The notes: generated from the sequence alone by a model not told the origin. A stretch of DNA of 62,510 nt from Pseudomonadota bacterium (GCA_027320085.1 DAHVLZ010000014.1:1-62510), one strand, 5' to 3'; numbered from the stretch's first letter, positions 39,167 to 50,819 are shown. Made by a program: numbers and translations.

Positions 39167-39568
39167 TCAGGGGGGAGGCCCGTCAACGGCCACCCAGCCG
39201 CCCATGCAGCTGGTGACGAAAGGATAGAAACCCGGAGGAGACAGGCAGTACCAACGCAGTTGTGTAGGCGGCGGAGGTTCCATCAGGAAAGGGGTTCCCG
39301 CAAGGGGAGCACCGGGGAGGGGAATGGGACCCGAGCCGTAGTAAGGGGGAAAGGGATGGATGGGGGTGAGGTAAAAATACCACCGGTGATTGCTCCTCCA
39401 CCACCAACCGTAGCGCCCGTGGTGCCATCCCTTCTGCCAGCGGCCGGTTTTCCAACCGCGGGGAGCCTTGAGGGGCTGGACCCGTGCAGGTCGGGCAGGC
39501 TTCGGGGTGGCCCAAGCGGCCATGGGGAGAAACGCGAGGCACAGGACCAGACCCCCCACCCGGCTCAT
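39167..39568 (-). CDS. Secreted Trp/Pro-rich hypothetical protein
   Basis: Signal peptide; GWHHGRYGWWW; C-terminal WYC..P.GFYPFV..C.GGW. Confidence 0.7.
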   Translation of the reverse strand: MSRVGGLVLCLAFLPMAAWATPKPARPARVQPLKAPRGWKTGRWQKGWHHGRYGWWWRSNHRWYFYLTPIHPFPPYYGSGPIPLPGAPLAGTPFLMEPPPPTQLRWYCLSPPGFYPFVTSCMGGWVAVDGPPP

Positions 39569-39676
39569 GCGCTCTCTGCCATGGGTCGGACCACCCCCTG
39601 TTCGACAGGACCGGTGCATGGTTGGAATGTTGCACGGAAACTCGGGTGCGGTCAAATGCGGTCCGCGTGGGCCGAT

Positions 39677-41302
39677 TCAGGTGTATCCCCAGTGCCGGAC
39701 CCAGGGATCGAGAACCGGAGCCAAGGGTTCCAGCGCCGATGCGTATGCTCGCCAGCGCCCTACCCGGTCATCCCGGATCGGGCGTGAGACTTGATCGTAG
39801 CTCGGGGTTCCGATGCGGATTCCCGCCAGGCGGCTTTCGGGATGGACCATGGTGGGCTCAAACTCAAGTCCCAAGAAATCACAGAGAGCTTGAAGTTCTC
39901 CTGCCGGGTTCCCGACCAGACGTTCATAGGTTTGGATATGGACCTGGTCTGGTGGCAGGACCCGCTGCCGTTCTTTCTCGAAAACATCCATGACGAGATC
40001 GTAATAAGCCGCTGTTCCGGGCAAGGTCCGGAAATGCCGCATGGCCGGGTTGGGGCTGAAGACCTGGAGATAGCAGCTCAGGCAAACGTCCCGAGGATCC
40101 CGGATGGCGACGAGAAAGCGGGCACGGGGGAACAGGCAATGCAGCCACGCGGAAAAGGCACTGTTGAGCGGAAGTTTATCGATCATCCAGCCTGATTCGC
40201 CGAGACCCGTCGGTCGAAGCGTCGACTCGGCCTGATCGAGCAGAGCCTCGATCTCGTCCGCCCCGAGTGGACGGATGGGGTCTTTCAGGGAGGCCATGAC
40301 CCGGGCGAGGATCGGGGCCAGGGGATTGGTTTCCTCCAGCACATGGAGGGCGGGGTGCATCGAGAGCATGCGGTCGAGGAGCGTGGTCCCGGAGCGGGGG
40401 AAGCCGACCAGAAAAGCCAGTCGTTGCCCGGCCTCCGCCCGGCGGGTGGCCCAGGACTGCAAAATGGTCATGGCTTCCGGATGATCCTTGAGCAGGCGGA
40501 TCGACCGTGTTCCGTAAAGTCCCTCCGGGTCCGCCGGACGGTCGGACTCCGCCAGGTGACGGTGCCCTGCCCGAACGGCTTCAAGTGCCTCGTCCACCCG
40601 TCCCAAGGCATCCAAGGCCCGGGCGCGCCGTCCTTCGCGGACTGCACGGTCGGCGGAAGAGAGACGCCGGGGATCCAGGTTGTCGAGCCGGTCGAGTGCA
40701 CATTGGGGGTCACCCGATCGTGCGGCCAGTTGCGCGGAGACGAAAGTGGCCAGCACATGATCCGGACGGCGGGCCAGGACCTGGTCTACCCAGGGTCGGG
40801 CCGCATCCGGCTGGTTGGTTTCCTCAAGAAGAGCCGCATAGTGAGCTGCGGCATCGAGATGACCCGGATCGAGGCTGAGGCAGCGGGGATACGCCTGGAG
40901 CGCCTCCGTTGTCCGCCCCAGTTCCTCAAGGCATCGGGCGCGGTTGAAATGGGCCTCCGGATGCCTGGGGTTGGCCTTGACGATCGCCTCGAAGTGTTCA
41001 AGGCCCCGGATCCATTGTTGCCTCTCGCAGGCGATGACCCCGAGACCAAACCGGGCCGCCTCGGACCGGGGATTGCGGGCGAGAAGAGCTTCGAGAAACG
41101 GTTCGGCTTCTCCTTGATTTCCCGTGGCAACCAGGGACAATCCGAGAAGTTCGCCCGCCGGGATCCAGTCTGGATCGTGTCGGTGCAGGATCCGGAGTCG
41201 GTGTATCGCTTCCTCGAAATGACCTTCGCGGTAGTCCTGGACCGACCTCTCGAACTCCCGGCGGACCTCAGGAGGAACGGCTTTTTCCGCCCAGGGCATC
41301 AT
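39677..41302 (-). CDS. TPR-repeat PAPS-dependent sulfotransferase
   Basis: N-terminal TPRs; 5'-[13 protein letters not shown]; DKLPLN; 3'-[11 protein letters not shown]; YERLV. Confidence 0.9.
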   Translation of the reverse strand: MMPWAEKAVPPEVRREFERSVQDYREGHFEEAIHRLRILHRHDPDWIPAGELLGLSLVATGNQGEAEPFLEALLARNPRSEAARFGLGVIACERQQWIRGLEHFEAIVKANPRHPEAHFNRARCLEELGRTTEALQAYPRCLSLDPGHLDAAAHYAALLEETNQPDAARPWVDQVLARRPDHVLATFVSAQLAARSGDPQCALDRLDNLDPRRLSSADRAVREGRRARALDALGRVDEALEAVRAGHRHLAESDRPADPEGLYGTRSIRLLKDHPEAMTILQSWATRRAEAGQRLAFLVGFPRSGTTLLDRMLSMHPALHVLEETNPLAPILARVMASLKDPIRPLGADEIEALLDQAESTLRPTGLGESGWMIDKLPLNSAFSAWLHCLFPRARFLVAIRDPRDVCLSCYLQVFSPNPAMRHFRTLPGTAAYYDLVMDVFEKERQRVLPPDQVHIQTYERLVGNPAGELQALCDFLGLEFEPTMVHPESRLAGIRIGTPSYDQVSRPIRDDRVGRWRAYASALEPLAPVLDPWVRHWGYT

Positions 41303-42326
41303 CGCTCCAGTCGAGCGTAACCTTGCCGGACTGCCCGCTTCGCATGACCTCGAATGCCTGTTCGAAATCAGGAGCGGGAAATCGGTGGGTCAGAACCGGG
41401 CGCACGTCAAGTCCGGTTTCCAGCAGGGCCGCCATCTTGTACCAGGTTTCGAAAATTTCGCGTCCATAAATGCCTTTGAGTCTGAGGCCCCGGAAAACGA
41501 TCGCATTCCAATCGAGTTCGATGGTGCTCGAGGCAATGCCCAAGAGGGCCAAGGCTCCACCGTTGCGCATGTTTTCCAGCAAAAGCCGAATGGCCTCGCG
41601 CTGACCGGACATTTCAAGGCCCACATCGAATCCCTCGGTCAGGCCCAGTTTTTTCATCGTGTTTTCGAGATTTTCCTGCCGGATATTCAGTGCGGCGTCC
41701 GCACCCATCTTCCGGGCAAGTGCGAGCCGGTAGTCGTTGACGTCCGTTACGACAATCCGGCGGGCGCCCACACGGCGGGCAATGGCCGTCGCCATGACCC
41801 CGATCGGGCCGGCGCCGGTAATCAGCACGTCCTCCCCCACGAGATCGAAGCTCAACGCGGTATGGGTGGCGTTACCCAGGGGATCCAGGAATGCGGCGAT
41901 CTCGTCGGGAATCGAGTCCGGCAGGGGAAAGATATTCGCGGCGGGCAATGAGAGATATTCGGCAAAACAGCCTGGACGCTGGACCCCGAGGCCCACCGTG
42001 TGGGGGCACAGGTGGCGCCGGCCCGCCCGGCAGTTGCGGCAGTGCCCACAGGTGATGTGTCCCTCGCCTGAAACCCGCTGACCGACCCGGAGCCCCGTGA
42101 CCTCGCTGCCCACCTCGATGATCGTGCCGACAAATTCGTGACCAATCGTCAGAGGAACCGGGATGGTTTTCTGTGCCCATGCATCCCAGTTGTAGATATG
42201 GATATCTGTTCCGCAGATCGCGGTTTTCCGGGTCCGGATCAGCACATCGTTCGGGCCGATCCCGGGTTCGGGGACGGAGGTCAGTGTGAGTCCGGGACCG
42301 GCGGTTTTCTTGACCAAGGCTTTCAT
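41268..42326 (-). CDS. tdh: L-threonine 3-dehydrogenase
   Basis: AICGTD.HIY.WD.WAQ, GHEF, CGHCRNC.....HLC, GIYGRE.FETWYKM. Confidence 0.96.
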   Translation of the reverse strand: MKALVKKTAGPGLTLTSVPEPGIGPNDVLIRTRKTAICGTDIHIYNWDAWAQKTIPVPLTIGHEFVGTIIEVGSEVTGLRVGQRVSGEGHITCGHCRNCRAGRRHLCPHTVGLGVQRPGCFAEYLSLPAANIFPLPDSIPDEIAAFLDPLGNATHTALSFDLVGEDVLITGAGPIGVMATAIARRVGARRIVVTDVNDYRLALARKMGADAALNIRQENLENTMKKLGLTEGFDVGLEMSGQREAIRLLLENMRNGGALALLGIASSTIELDWNAIVFRGLRLKGIYGREIFETWYKMAALLETGLDVRPVLTHRFPAPDFEQAFEVMRSGQSGKVTLDWSDDALGGKSRSS

Positions 42327-42359
42327 GCGTGACTTCTCAGAAGGGGGGAGGGGACGGGG

Positions 42360-43547
42360 CTAAAGCACTCCGGTTGCACGGCCGGCCCGTTCAAACGCCT
42401 CCAGTGCCCGGTCGAGATCGGCCGGCTCGTGGGCAGCCGAGACCTGGGTCCGGATCCGGGCCTGACCCTGGGGGACAACCGGGTAGGAAAAGCCCACGGC
42501 GTAAACCCCCTCCTCGAGCAGGGCTGCGGCCATTTTTTGGGTGCGGAGCGCGTCATGCAACAGGATGGGAATGATCGGGTGCGTGCCGGGGATCAGTTCG
42601 AAACCGAGCGCGGTCAAGCCTTCCCGAAACCGACGGGCGTTCTCCAGAAGACGGACCCGGGGCCTTGCATCCTCGCGGATCAATGACAATGCGGCCAGCG
42701 AGGTGGCCGCGATCACGGGAGCGAGGCTGTTCGAGAACAGGTAGGGACGGGACCGCTGCCGCAGCCAGTCGATGATGGGCTGGGACGAGGCGGTATAGCC
42801 GCCACTCGCGCCGCCCAGTGCCTTGCCCAGCGTCCCGGTGAGGATGTGCACCTGCCCCTCGACGCCCTGTTTCTCGGCCGTCCCCCGACCACCCGGTCCC
42901 CAGAACCCGACCGCATGTGAGTCATCCACCATGACGAGTGCATCGTAACGCTTGGCCAGCGTAACGATTCCGGTCAGATCGGCTTCCAGGCCGTCCATGG
43001 AAAAAATACCATCCGTCACGATCAGCCGGTGGCGCGCCTTCCCGGTTTTCTGGAGCAGATCCTCGAGTGCGTTGAGGTCACGATTGGGGTAACGGTAACG
43101 GGGGGTTTTGCATAACCGGATGCCGTCAATCAGGCTCGCGTGGTTCAGGCTATCGCTGATCACGGCGTCGGATTCATCAAACAGGGCTTCGAAAAGCCCC
43201 CCGTTGGCATCGAAACAGGAGGAGTAGAGCAGGGTGGCAGGCTGGTTCAGGAAGTCGGCCAGGGCCTGCTCGAGATTGACGTGGATATCCTGGGTTCCGC
43301 AGATGAAGCGGACGGAGGCGAGTCCGTAGCCATAGCGTTCGAGAGCTTCCCGGGCCCGGGTGACCAGGACCGGATGCCCGGCCAGCCCGAGATAGTTGTT
43401 GGCGCAGAGATTGATCATCTCCCGCCCATCGGCCAGGCGAACGCGGGCACCCTGGGGGGAGGTGATGACGCGCTCCGACTTGTAGAGACCCTCCCTCCGC
43501 AGGTCAGACAGCGCTTGGTTCAGCCGGTCTTCGATGGCATGGGGCAC
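42360..43547 (-). CDS. kbl: Glycine C-acetyltransferase (2-amino-3-ketobutyrate CoA ligase)
   Basis: CANNYLGL, SVRFICGTQD, SCFDANGG, TLGKALGGASGG, RQRSRPYLFSN. Confidence 0.96.
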   Translation of the reverse strand: MPHAIEDRLNQALSDLRREGLYKSERVITSPQGARVRLADGREMINLCANNYLGLAGHPVLVTRAREALERYGYGLASVRFICGTQDIHVNLEQALADFLNQPATLLYSSCFDANGGLFEALFDESDAVISDSLNHASLIDGIRLCKTPRYRYPNRDLNALEDLLQKTGKARHRLIVTDGIFSMDGLEADLTGIVTLAKRYDALVMVDDSHAVGFWGPGGRGTAEKQGVEGQVHILTGTLGKALGGASGGYTASSQPIIDWLRQRSRPYLFSNSLAPVIAATSLAALSLIREDARPRVRLLENARRFREGLTALGFELIPGTHPIIPILLHDALRTQKMAAALLEEGVYAVGFSYPVVPQGQARIRTQVSAAHEPADLDRALEAFERAGRATGVL

Positions 43548-43568
43548 GGGAGATCCTCAAAGACCGGT

Positions 43569-43648
43569 ATTTTACACGCCTCCCCTATCCCCGGGCCTGC
43601 GAGCGAGGAGGGAGGTGAGAGATGGGGATTCCCGCACCGTTCTATAAT
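43569..43648. promoter_or_regulatory. Divergent -10 elements for kbl and arn operons
   Basis: Minus-strand TAAAAT 43569-43574; plus-strand TATAAT 43643-43648. Confidence 0.45.
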
Positions 43649-43729
43649 GAAAAGGACAGCGGCTCCATCGGCAGGATGGACGCTTTCCTGAAATGAAAGA
43701 GGACCATTTTGACCGACTGTCCATCCGTC

Positions 43730-45409
43730 ATGAAAAACCGGTCCCGGAACCGGATCTTCTGGATACTTGGACTGTTCCTGTTCGTGGCCATCTGGTTCGG
43801 CACGATCGGGCACCGTGCCCTGTTCCAGACCGATGAGGGACGCTACGCCGAGATTCCGCGCGAGATGCTGGTTACCGGCAACTGGCTCACTCCGCGTCTC
43901 GATGGCTTCAAGTATTTTGAAAAGCCCCCTCTCCAGTACTGGGCGACGGCGACCAGTTTCGTCGTGTTTGGGGAGCATACGTGGTCGGCCCGGCTCTATA
44001 CCGCCCTCACGGGACTGTTCACCCTGCTCGTCCTCGGTTGGGCCGGCACGCGGCTCTGGAGCGCGCGGGTCGGCTGGCTGGCGGCGGCGGTGGGGGCCAG
44101 CAGTCTTTACCTGGTTTTGATGGCGCATTTCAACACGCTCGATCTGGGGGTCACCTTTTGGATGACCCTCAACCTCTGCACCTTCCTCGTGGCCCAGTCC
44201 CAGCCCTCGAACATTCCGCGCCGCCGGGCCTACATGTATGTGAGCTGGGTGGCCTCGGCCCTGGCCGTCATGAGCAAGGGACTGATCGGCGTGGTGCTGC
44301 CGGGATGCGTGCTCCTGCTCTACGTCTTTATCCGACGGGACTATGCCCTGCTCAAGCGATTGCATTATTACGGCGGGTTGGCCCTGTTCGTTCTCTTTGG
44401 AGTACCCTGGTTTTTCTGGATCACGGTCCGGAATCCGGAATTTTTCCACTACTTCTTCATCTACCAGCATTTTGACCGCTATCTCGATGGCGTGGCCCAC
44501 CGACCCGGTCCCCTCTGGTACTTCTTGCCCATTCTGCTCCTGGGTGTGCTTCCATGGGTGCGGGAGGCGGCCCGGGTTCTGGGGACCGGCTGGCGCGGGT
44601 CGGTCCGACAGGAGCCGGACGGAGTCGACACGAGATTTCTGCTCTGGCTCTATGTCGTATTTATCGTCGTGTTTTTCTCCCTTTCGAGTTCCAAGCTCCC
44701 GAGTTACATCCTGCCCGTCATGCCGGCTCTGGCACTCCTCATCGGTCAAGAACTGGCGGAAATGGAGCCGTCCCGCCTCTGGGTCGCCCTTGTGCTGACC
44801 GCAGGACTCGCTTTTCTCGGGATGCTGGCCGCCCCGCTCTGGATCGCGTCGATCCGGCCGGCCGGAGTGGCCCGGATCTACGGTCGGGTCGAACCCTGGC
44901 TCATTGGGGTTTTCGGTTGCCTGCTCGTGGTTTCGGCGGCGGCCGGGTGGTTGAGACGGCGTGGTGCCGGAACCGTTGCCTTGGTCACACTCCTGGCTGC
45001 GGGCTGGTTCGTTGCCATTTCCCTGATCAACTGGTCCGCCCAAGCACTGGATCCGATCTACTCGACCCGCGCCTTCGCCCACGCCCTCAAGCCGTGGAAC
45101 CAGCCCGATCGTCCCTTCTACATCGTGGCCAACTACCAGCAGTCCCTGCCGTTTTACCTCCGGCGTACGGTGACCCTCGTGGCCTGGCGCGGGGAGATCG
45201 GTTACGGAATCGGTCTTGCGAAAAAAGCCGGTCACCTCAATGACCGGCGTTTCATTCCCACGCTCGCAGCCTTTCACCGGATCTGGCTGACCCATCCCCA
45301 GGCGGTGGCGATCCTCCGGAAGGGGCTTTATGCCCGCCTGCTCCGGGAGGGCTGGCCATTCACCGTGGTGGCCTCCAATGTTCGACGGGTGGCGGTGGTG
45401 CACCCATGA
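43730..45409 (+). CDS. arnT: 4-amino-4-deoxy-L-arabinose transferase (GT83)
   Basis: DEGRYAEIPREM..GNWLTP, YFEKPPL.YW, KGLIG, KLPSYILP; multi-TM. Confidence 0.9.
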   Translation: MKNRSRNRIFWILGLFLFVAIWFGTIGHRALFQTDEGRYAEIPREMLVTGNWLTPRLDGFKYFEKPPLQYWATATSFVVFGEHTWSARLYTALTGLFTLLVLGWAGTRLWSARVGWLAAAVGASSLYLVLMAHFNTLDLGVTFWMTLNLCTFLVAQSQPSNIPRRRAYMYVSWVASALAVMSKGLIGVVLPGCVLLLYVFIRRDYALLKRLHYYGGLALFVLFGVPWFFWITVRNPEFFHYFFIYQHFDRYLDGVAHRPGPLWYFLPILLLGVLPWVREAARVLGTGWRGSVRQEPDGVDTRFLLWLYVVFIVVFFSLSSSKLPSYILPVMPALALLIGQELAEMEPSRLWVALVLTAGLAFLGMLAAPLWIASIRPAGVARIYGRVEPWLIGVFGCLLVVSAAAGWLRRRGAGTVALVTLLAAGWFVAISLINWSAQALDPIYSTRAFAHALKPWNQPDRPFYIVANYQQSLPFYLRRTVTLVAWRGEIGYGIGLAKKAGHLNDRRFIPTLAAFHRIWLTHPQAVAILRKGLYARLLREGWPFTVVASNVRRVAVVHP

Positions 45410-45783
45410 GCCTCATCGCTTTTCTCCTGATCCTGGCCGGTGTTCTCTTGAATGCGATCGCCCAGTTGCTGCTCAAGATGGCCGTCCGCGGTATGGGTCC
45501 CATCGCCCTGAGCCCCGAAACACTGCTCCGCAGTGGGTGGTCACTCGCTCAGAACCCCTATATCCTGGCGGGTCTCGCCTGTTACGTCGTGAGTCTCGTG
45601 GTCTGGATCCTCGCGCTCTCGCGGGTCGAGGTCAGTCTGGCCTATCCGATGCTGTCTTTGGGCTACATCGTGACGGCCATCGGTGCCTGGGTGTTTTTCT
45701 CGGAGCGCCTGGAGCCGCTGCAGTGGCTGGGAATCGGCGTCATCATTGTCGGTGTGATCCTGTTGGCCCGGGGGCGCACATGA
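45406..45783 (+). CDS. Undecaprenyl-P-Ara4N flippase (ArnE/F-like, EamA)
   Basis: AQLLLK, WILALSRVEVSLAYPMLSLGY. Confidence 0.85.
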   Translation: MSLIAFLLILAGVLLNAIAQLLLKMAVRGMGPIALSPETLLRSGWSLAQNPYILAGLACYVVSLVVWILALSRVEVSLAYPMLSLGYIVTAIGAWVFFSERLEPLQWLGIGVIIVGVILLARGRT

Positions 45784-46925
45784 CTGAACCCTTTCTGCCG
45801 TTTACCCGGCCTTCCATCGACGACGAGACTCTCGCCGGCGTGGTCGATGTGCTTCGCTCCGGGTGGATCACCTCCGGCCCGCGGGTTGCCGAACTCGAAG
45901 GAGCACTGGCTTCCCGGTTCGGCAAGGACCGGCGTGTACTGTGCTATGCCCACGCAACCGGAGCGCTTGAGGAATCGTTGCGTGCCATTGGCGTGGGCCC
46001 GGGCGATGAAGTGATTGTGCCGGCCATGACCTTTGCGGCGAGTGCGAATGTGGTCGTCCGGGTTGGGGCGACGCCGGTTTTCGTGGATGTGGAACTGGCG
46101 ACCCGCAACCTGGCGGTCACTGCCGTGGCAGCCGCCCTGTCCCCGCGGACCCGGGCGGTCATGCCCGTCCATTTTGCCGGACTCCCGGTCGATCTTGAGG
46201 CGTTGCACGCTCTCGCCCGACGCCATCACCTGATTGTGGTCGAGGATGCCGCGCATGCCATCGGTGCCCGATCCCGTGGACGGGAAATCGGCAGCTTCGG
46301 CGACCTGGTCTGCTTCAGTTTCCATGCCAACAAGAACATGACGACGATCGAAGGGGCGGCCATCTCTCTGCCCGCCGGACAATCCGGCTGGATCAATCGG
46401 CTCGAGCGATTGCGTTTTCATGGTTTGCACAAGGCGGAGGATGGCAGTTACGACGTCGAGCTCGCGGCGGGCAAGCATAACCTGAGTGACGTGGCGGCCC
46501 GTGTCGGTCTGGGACAGCTCAAGCGGCTCGACGAGTTCAATCGACGCCGAGGCGAACTCGCGGGTCATTATTTCGATCGGCTGGAATCCAATCCCTGGGG
46601 ACTCGTCCTGCCCGAACGGGGCGATGCGGGGCATGCATGGCACATGTTTACCGTGTTGGTTCCCTTCGAGACACTGGGTTTCGGACGCCGCCAGCTTCAG
46701 GAACGGATGCGGGAACACGGCATCGGCATCGGCATGCATTACCCGGCCCTGCCGCCCCTGACCCTGTACCGGTCGTTGTGTGACTGGCATCCGGGCCAGT
46801 ACCCGAATGCCGAACGCATCGGCCGGGAAACGGTCACCCTGCCCCTCTTCCCGGCCATGGCCGAAGCCGATGTGGATCGGGTCTGCCGGGTTTTGGGAGA
46901 GATTCTTGGTGGAGCGAGGACATGA
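45780..46925 (+). CDS. arnB: UDP-4-amino-4-deoxy-L-arabinose aminotransferase (DegT family)
   Basis: LRSGWITSGP, EDAAHAIG, FSFHANKNMTTIEG. Confidence 0.9.
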   Translation: MTEPFLPFTRPSIDDETLAGVVDVLRSGWITSGPRVAELEGALASRFGKDRRVLCYAHATGALEESLRAIGVGPGDEVIVPAMTFAASANVVVRVGATPVFVDVELATRNLAVTAVAAALSPRTRAVMPVHFAGLPVDLEALHALARRHHLIVVEDAAHAIGARSRGREIGSFGDLVCFSFHANKNMTTIEGAAISLPAGQSGWINRLERLRFHGLHKAEDGSYDVELAAGKHNLSDVAARVGLGQLKRLDEFNRRRGELAGHYFDRLESNPWGLVLPERGDAGHAWHMFTVLVPFETLGFGRRQLQERMREHGIGIGMHYPALPPLTLYRSLCDWHPGQYPNAERIGRETVTLPLFPAMAEADVDRVCRVLGEILGGART

Positions 46926-47881
46926 ACGATCTGGTGACACCCGACCTGTCCGTGATCATCCCGGTTTACAACGAGGAGGCCAGCCTCGAGGCCCTCTTCG
47001 ATCGCCTGTTTCCGGTCCTTGACCAGCTGAGCCTGACCCGGGAGGTGATCTTCGTCGATGACGGAAGCCGGGATCGCTCGCCGGCCCTGTTGCGACAAGT
47101 GTTCGAGCGGTATCCGGAGACCGTTCGGATCGTGTTTTTCCAGTCCAATTTCGGCCAGCATGCAGCCATCCTCGCCGGCTTCGAGTATGCACGCGGCCGC
47201 CGGATTGTGACCCTGGATGCCGACCTTCAAAACCCGCCCGAGGAGATTCCCCGCCTGCTCGCGGCGCTGGAGGCTGGACACGACTATGTCGGAACCATCA
47301 GGCGCCAACGCCGTGACCATCTCTGGCGACGCCTTGCTTCCCGTCTCATGAACCGGATCCGGGAACGGATCACACGCGTCCACATGACCGATCAGGGGTG
47401 CATGCTCCGGGGCTACGACCGTTCAATCGTGGATGCCATCAACCGTTGTGAGGAAATCCACACCTTCATTCCGGCACTGGCGTATCTTTTTGCAGCTCAC
47501 CCCACCGAAATTGAGGTCGAACACCAGGAGCGCCAGTCGGGGTATTCCAAATATTCCCTCTACCGACTGATCCGCCTCAATTTTGATTTGGTCACCGGAT
47601 TTTCCGTGGTCCCGCTCCAGATCTTTTCGCTCCTGGGGATCGTCCTGGCCCTGTCCTCCGGGATTCTCGTGCTCTATCTCGCCTTCCAGCGCATCTTTTT
47701 CGGCCCGCAGGTGAAGGGGGTCTTTACCCTCTTTGGGATCGTTTTTTTCCTGATCGGCGTCCTCCTGTTTGGTATTGGCCTTCTCGGCGAATATGTCGGA
47801 CGGATCTACCAGCAGGTCCAGAAGCGTCCGCGCTACCTCATCCAGGCCGTGCTGGAACGGTCGGGAACTCCCGGGGCATGA
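46922..47881 (+). CDS. arnC: Undecaprenyl-phosphate Ara4FN transferase (GT2)
   Basis: SVIIPVYNEE, NFGQH.AI.AGF, DADLQNPPEEIP, TDQGCMLR.Y, GEYVGRIY. Confidence 0.92.
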   Translation: MNDLVTPDLSVIIPVYNEEASLEALFDRLFPVLDQLSLTREVIFVDDGSRDRSPALLRQVFERYPETVRIVFFQSNFGQHAAILAGFEYARGRRIVTLDADLQNPPEEIPRLLAALEAGHDYVGTIRRQRRDHLWRRLASRLMNRIRERITRVHMTDQGCMLRGYDRSIVDAINRCEEIHTFIPALAYLFAAHPTEIEVEHQERQSGYSKYSLYRLIRLNFDLVTGFSVVPLQIFSLLGIVLALSSGILVLYLAFQRIFFGPQVKGVFTLFGIVFFLIGVLLFGIGLLGEYVGRIYQQVQKRPRYLIQAVLERSGTPGA

Positions 47882-48819
47882 CCCGGGCCGTCGTTTTTGC
47901 CTACCACGAGGTCGGGTGCCGGGGACTGGCCGTCCTGCTGGACCAGGGAATCGATGTGGCCCTGGTCGTCACTCATCCCGACGATCCGCTCGAGTCCCGT
48001 TGGTATGGGAGTGTCCGCGAACTCGCCTGTCGCGAGCACTTGCCCTGTATCGAGCCTGCGCAGGCGCTCCTACCCGGACTCGCAGCGGAGCTTTCAGCCC
48101 TTGCGCCCGATTTCCTGTTCTCCTTCTACTATCGGTACCTACTACCCGTCCCCCTCCTGCAGACGGCCCGTCAGGGAGCACTCAACCTGCACGGTTCGCT
48201 CCTGCCCCGCTACCGGGGACGTGCACCGGTCAACTGGGCCATCCTCCGGGGTGAGCGGGAGACCGGGGCGAGTCTCCACTACATGACCGAACGGGCGGAT
48301 GCCGGTGCACTTGTGGACCAGGTGGCCGTTCCCATCCTGCTGTCCGACCAGGCTCTCGATGTGTCCCGGAAGGTTGCTTTTGCCGCGGAGCTGATTCTGG
48401 CCCGAAGCCTGGGACCACTGGTGGCCGGACGGGTGAGTCCGCGGCCGTTGCCGTTCCTCCGCGATGAGTATTACGGACGCCGACGCCCCGAAGACGGCCG
48501 CATTGACTGGCGGGCGACGGCACTCGAGATCCACAACCTGATTCGGGCTGTGGCACCCCCTTTCCCGGGGGCCTTCACCGATTGTGGCCCCGGCCGGTTG
48601 TGGATCGACTGTGCCCGGCCCGACGCAGAGCCTGTGCGTCACACGGTCCCCACCCTGTACCGGGAGGGGCCCGGAATTTTCGCGGATTGCGGCGACGGGA
48701 GACGAATCGAGGTGTTAAAATACCGTTGGCATCTACCGGATGCCGGTCGTCCACCGGATCTCCAAAACCCCATCGTGTTAGGGAGCCCTCGTGAAGAAAA
48801 TCCTCATTCTCGGGGTTAA
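47878..48819 (+). CDS. arnA: UDP-Ara4N formyltransferase (ArnA N-terminal half as separate gene)
   Basis: [42 protein letters not shown]. Confidence 0.9.
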   Translation: MTRAVVFAYHEVGCRGLAVLLDQGIDVALVVTHPDDPLESRWYGSVRELACREHLPCIEPAQALLPGLAAELSALAPDFLFSFYYRYLLPVPLLQTARQGALNLHGSLLPRYRGRAPVNWAILRGERETGASLHYMTERADAGALVDQVAVPILLSDQALDVSRKVAFAAELILARSLGPLVAGRVSPRPLPFLRDEYYGRRRPEDGRIDWRATALEIHNLIRAVAPPFPGAFTDCGPGRLWIDCARPDAEPVRHTVPTLYREGPGIFADCGDGRRIEVLKYRWHLPDAGRPPDLQNPIVLGSPREENPHSRG

Positions 48820-49849
48820 TGGTTTCATCGGCCATCACCTGAGTCAACGTATCCTCGAGGAAACCGACTGGGTGGTTTTCGGGATGGACATGTTCTCGGA
48901 CCGGATCACGGCCCTCACCGAACATCCCCGCTTCCATTTTTTCGAAGGGGATATCACGATCAATCGTGAATGGGTCGAATACCACGTCAAGAAATGCGAA
49001 GTGATTCTGCCCCTGGTGGCCATTGCTACGCCCGCGACCTATGTCCGCGAACCGCTCAAGGTGTTTCAGCTGGATTTCGAGGCCAACCTGCCGATTATTC
49101 GGCAGTGCGTCCGGTATCGGAAGCGGGTCATTTTCCCTTCCACCTCCGAGGTCTATGGGATGTGCCCGGACCCGGCCTTTGACCCCTACGAGTCCAACTG
49201 TGTGCTGGGTCCGATTCCCAAGCAACGATGGATTTACAGCTGTTCGAAACAGCTGCTTGACCGGGTGATCTGGGCCTATGGGATTGAAGAACAGCTGGAT
49301 TTCACGCTGATCCGGCCTTTTAACTGGATCGGCCCCGGCCTGGACAGCATTCACGCGGCGAAGGAGGGGAGTTCGCGGGTGGTGACCCAGTTCCTCGGTC
49401 ATATCGTTCGAGGCGAGGATATCCGGCTGGTCGACGGGGGGCGCCGTCGGCGTTCCTATACTTATATCGACGACGGGATTGATGCCCTGCTGCGTATCAT
49501 CCGGAACGAGGGAGGGGCAGCGAGCCGGCGCATCTACAACATCGGCAATCCCAACAACCAGTATTCCGTGAGGGAGTTGGCTGAACGGATGTTGGCGCTG
49601 GCCCGGGATTATCCGGAATATGCGGGCACGGCCCATTCTGTCCGCCTGATCGAGGTCAGTGCCAGCGACTATTACGGCGAGGGCTACCAGGACATCGAAA
49701 ACCGCGTGCCGTCGATCGAGGCCGCCCGGCGCGAACTCGGCTGGGAGCCCAAGGTGGATTTCGACACCGCGCTCCGACGGATTTTTGAAGCCTACCGGGG
49801 AGATGTCGCCCAGGCCGGACGCTTGGTCAGCGAGGAGGCCTCCGACTGA
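48791..49849 (+). CDS. arnA: UDP-glucuronate dehydrogenase/decarboxylase (ArnA C-terminal half as separate gene)
   Basis: [45 protein letters not shown]; GGGAG RBS. Confidence 0.93.
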   Translation: MKKILILGVNGFIGHHLSQRILEETDWVVFGMDMFSDRITALTEHPRFHFFEGDITINREWVEYHVKKCEVILPLVAIATPATYVREPLKVFQLDFEANLPIIRQCVRYRKRVIFPSTSEVYGMCPDPAFDPYESNCVLGPIPKQRWIYSCSKQLLDRVIWAYGIEEQLDFTLIRPFNWIGPGLDSIHAAKEGSSRVVTQFLGHIVRGEDIRLVDGGRRRRSYTYIDDGIDALLRIIRNEGGAASRRIYNIGNPNNQYSVRELAERMLALARDYPEYAGTAHSVRLIEVSASDYYGEGYQDIENRVPSIEAARRELGWEPKVDFDTALRRIFEAYRGDVAQAGRLVSEEASD

Positions 49850-49854
49850 GGTCC

Positions 49855-50790
49855 ATGCGTATCGCGCTCAAGGTCGATGTCGATACCCTGCGCGGAACCC
49901 AAATCGGGGTTCCCGCCCTGCGGGATCTTTTTCTCGAAATCGGGGTTGGTGCCACGTTCCTCTTTTCCGTCGGTCCTGACCATACGGGCCGTGCGATCCG
50001 GCGGGTCTTTCGGCCCGGTTTTGCCGGAAAAGTGCGGCGGACCTCGATTGTCCGCAACTACGGGATCCGTACGCTTCTTTACGGGGTGCTTTTGCCGGGA
50101 CCGCACATTGGCCGGCGGATGGGGGAGGAGATGCGAAAAGTCAGGGACGCGGGTTTCGAGGTGGGACTCCATGCCTACGATCATTGCCGGTGGCAGGATG
50201 GAGTGACCCGGGCAGATGCGGCCTGGACACGGCGGGAGTTTGAACGTGCCCTGCGCGCTTACGCTGCGGTTTTCGGCACCCGACCGTCCACGGTCGGAGC
50301 TGCGGGTTGGCAGATGAACGAGACCACATTTGCCCTCGAGGAGGAATATGGGTTGGCCTACGCCAGCGACACCCGTGGCCGACACCCCTTCTATCCCCGT
50401 TTTGGCTCCCACGTTTACCGATGCCTGCAGATCCCGACAACCCTTCCCACGCTCGACGAGCTGCTCGGACGGGAGGGGCCTGAGGACGATTCGATCGTGG
50501 ATTGGCTGTTTGCAAAAACCCAGGAAGCATCTTGCGACCAGGTCTGGACGCTGCATGCCGAACTCGAGGGAATCCGCTACCGACCCCTGCTCAAACGGCT
50601 TCTGCTGCGCTGGCGTGAGGCTGGTGTGGATCTGGTCGATCTGGGAACGTTCTACCGGGGTCTCGACCGGGCCCACTGTCCGGCGTGCCGGATCCGCCAG
50701 GGTTCGATGCCTGGCCGGAGTGGTCTCTTGGCCCTGCAAGACGATTCCGTAAATGCCGACCAGGGGGATAAGACCGGCCGGGCCGCCTGA
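49855..50790 (+). CDS. arnD: Undecaprenyl-P-Ara4FN deformylase
   Basis: [45 protein letters not shown]. Confidence 0.9.
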   Translation: MRIALKVDVDTLRGTQIGVPALRDLFLEIGVGATFLFSVGPDHTGRAIRRVFRPGFAGKVRRTSIVRNYGIRTLLYGVLLPGPHIGRRMGEEMRKVRDAGFEVGLHAYDHCRWQDGVTRADAAWTRREFERALRAYAAVFGTRPSTVGAAGWQMNETTFALEEEYGLAYASDTRGRHPFYPRFGSHVYRCLQIPTTLPTLDELLGREGPEDDSIVDWLFAKTQEASCDQVWTLHAELEGIRYRPLLKRLLLRWREAGVDLVDLGTFYRGLDRAHCPACRIRQGSMPGRSGLLALQDDSVNADQGDKTGRAA

Positions 50791-50819
50791 TTTCCGTTCC
50801 AGTCTCGAGGAGTCGATCG

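Noticed and set aside
43520-45403. 627 aa antisense ORF opposite arnT (likewise 21356-22840 and 45663-46940)
   Set aside because: Shadow ORFs fully overlapping well-supported genes.
48780-48830. Split arnA as a frameshift or sequencing error
   Set aside because: Second half has its own GGGAG RBS and start, and split ArnA is a known natural arrangement.
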